Source: Candidatus Oxydemutatoraceae bacterium (lineage in GTDB: Bacteria; Pseudomonadota; Gammaproteobacteria; Poriferisulfidales; Oxydemutatoraceae). Taken from it: DNA of 64,000 nucleotides. Below are positions 59,701 through 62,700 of the stretch, one piece after another. Positions within the stretch are counted from its first letter, which is position 1, and every line of letters begins with the position of its first letter. A program made the position numbers and the translations under genes. The stretch spans positions 1,321,683 through 1,385,682 of the forward strand of contig CBDCOZ010000003.1 in the NCBI GenBank assembly GCA_965220085.1. Reading direction: 5' to 3'. The notes under the pieces were generated by a model. It was not told the origin of the DNA and did not search any database. It saw only the letters and a program-made list of their open reading frames with translations.

Positions 59701-62700
59701 CTCGCCTCGCCGCCATTGACGATCGCCGCGACTTGATAGGCATATGTGGTCCCGGCGACCGCGCTGGCATCGACATGGGCGCGCAACGACAACTCCGCGG
59801 CGCCCGCCAAGGCCAAGCCGTCGCGATACACCGCGTAGCGCAATTCCGGCGGCGGGTCCCACGCCGATACGTCCGGCGCGTCCCAACTCAAACTGCGGTC
59901 GCTCGTTCCGCCGATGGCGAACGCCGGCGGCCCTTGCCGCAACTGATAACCGAACTCTTGCCAGGTCGCTTCGCCGTTGCCGTCAAAATCAACCTTCAGC
60001 GCCGGGTATTGCTCGCTCGTGCCGAAGTCCCAGTGGTCGTCGCCGCCGGCATCCCAGCTGGCGTAGATGCCGTCATAGCCGGTCGGCGTTTGCAACGCGG
60101 ATGTCGTGTGGCCGGTCACGCTGCTCAATGTGCCGCTGCCGATGCCGGCGCTCTTGCCCGAGGTCTGGGTGTCCCAATACGCCGCCGTCGCCATGGGGGA
60201 AGTTTCAACACGACCGCCGAAGCCGCCGCTGTCTGTCGCGCTCGGGTTAATCAGACCCGTCGCATAGCCGTAGCGCACCGTCACGTTGCCCAGATTGCCG
60301 ATCAAACCGCCGCCGCGATATCGGCTGCCGCCTCGCGTCGTGTCGATGTAGCCGGTCGCGTAGACATGCTCGACCGTGCCGCGCGTCTGGTGGTGGTTGT
60401 CGCGTCCGAGCGCGCCGCCGGCTTGCGAATTCGCGTAGACATTGCCGGTCGCATAACTGCGGCGGATTTTGGAGTCGTTGGAGGCGATGCCGACCAAAGA
60501 GCCGACATGCGCCCGGCCCGCCGCCGACACCGCCGACCAGCTGTTCTCCAGCGTGCTGTTTACATGCCGACCGACCAGTCCGCCGATATCATTGCCTATG
60601 CTGTCGTTGCCTGTGCCGCCGTCGATGGCGCCGGTCACGCCGATGTTGCGGATGGCGCCGCCGACGACGATGCCGAACAGACCCTGATACCGCCGCGCGC
60701 GATCGATGTACAGGTTGTAAATCACGCGGCCGTTGCCGTCAAAAGTCGCCGTGTAAGCGTTCGAATCGTCGCCATCTCTCACGCCCGGATCGCCGAGCGG
60801 CAACCAGCCTTCTTCGACATCGCTGTCGGCGGGGTTGTCTGTCCAAGGTTGGGCGAAGGGGTCGCCGCCGGCATAGCTCGCCGCATCGTTAAAGTCCAGA
60901 TCGCGCGTCAGTTCGTAGCCTGCGCAACCGCCCGCCGGGCAACCCATGCCGGCGGAGGCATCCGGAAAGGCGTCGGCGTATTCGCTCGCATTGGCCAATG
61001 CCGGCTCGCCGTCGCCGTCCAAGTCCCAGCGGATGGCGTTGAGTTGCTCCAGATATTCGATTTCTATCAGGCCGTTGTCATCGGCGTCGTAATCGGCGGC
61101 GACCGCGACGACGCTGTGCAAGGCCTCGCCGCCATTGACGATCACGGTCAGGCGGTAGATGTCGCCGCCGTCGCTATCGACATAGGAGCAGGTCGTGACG
61201 CCGTTGGCGTCTGTGGTCTCGGCGATGGCGCCGCTCAGCTCCGTCGTGTCGCGATAGACTTTGTAGCCGACGGTCGGCGGGTTTGTCCACGCCGATAAGT
61301 CCGGCGCGCTCCAGTTCAAGGTTCTGGCGGAGCCGTTGCTGTTGACCGTCACATTGCGCGGGCCGTCGCGCAACTGGTAGCCGAATTCCTGCCAACTCGC
61401 GGCGCTGTTGGGGTCGTTGTCGAAATCTATCTTCAGGACGGGATATTGCGAGATGGCGCCGAAGTCCCAGTGGTCGGTCGTGTCGCCATCGTCCCAGTCG
61501 GCGTAGATGCCGTCGTAGCCGGTCGGCGCGCGCAGCTCGCCCGTCGTCCGCGCCGTGATGCCGCCGACGGTCGCGCCGCTGACCAAACCGATGGCGTTCG
61601 TTTTGCCCGATACCATGCGGTCCCAGTACGCCGCCGTCGCCGCGTAAGCGCTGTTGTCAAGATGCCCGCCCAGACCGCCGGCGGCTGTCGCGGCGGAATC
61701 TATCAGCGCCGCCGCATAGGCGTACTTCAATCGCGCTTGCCCCATGGAGCCGATGAGACCGCCGGCTGCGCTGCCGTCGCTGGCGATGCGCGATGCGGTG
61801 ACAAAGCCGGTCGCGTAGACGTGCTCCGCCGCGGTGTTCGCGGTGTTCGCGACGGCGCCGATGAGACCGCCGACTTCGTGACTGCCGCCGACCGCGCCGG
61901 TGGCATAACTTCTGATAATCTTGGCGCCTCCTCCGTCCGACGATCCGTTCAGGAAGCCGACCAGACTGCCGACCCGGGAATGACCGTTTGCTGTTACCGT
62001 CGAATAGACGTCCTCTATCTTGCTGTTGAAGGTCTGGCCAATCAGGCCGCCGGCGGCCGTGTTTCCAAAACCGTTCGCGGTCACCGACCCGGTCACGCCG
62101 ACGCCGGTAATATAGCCTCCGCCGTAGAACCCGAATAAGCCCAAGTTATCGCGGTCGCGATTAATATGCAGGTTGCTGACCGTATGGCCGTTGCCGGCGA
62201 AATGACCGCGATAGGACGCGCCTTGTTCGCCGATTGGTTCCCAGCCTTCGCCGCTCGTCCATTCCGCATTGACCACGCCGCTCCTGTAACTGCCGGGGTC
62301 GTTGAAGTCCAGATCGCGCATCAACTCGTAGCCCACGCATTGCCCCGAAACGTCGCCGACGCTGGCGACGCATGATGATAGATTGGGATGACATTGACTC
62401 CCAACCTGAAGGACAATGGCGGGATCCGAATTTGACCGGGGGAAGGCAACATCGTGGCCCGTATCAGAAGGGCCATGACCGTTGGCATCCAAATCCCACC
62501 GCAATGCGTTCAGTTGCTCCAACCACCAGATTTCGACCAAGCAGTCGTTATCGGTATCAAAGACATCCTGTGTCTGCGGCGGGGCGGTTTGCGCCGACAC
62601 GATGCCCGACAGCGCGAGCGAGAACACGCAACAGAAAAGCAACGATCCGAAGTGGACCGATAACGGTTTCGCTTTGTTTGTAAACTCCGACAAGTTTTGA

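Larger units (their letters stand above)
23760..62400 (-). repeat. Array of about 27 divergent tandem coding modules (~1.3-1.6 kb each) in giant gene 2
   Basis: Same module grammar as gene 1. Several modules carry internal duplications or extra inserts (see findings). Confidence 0.85.
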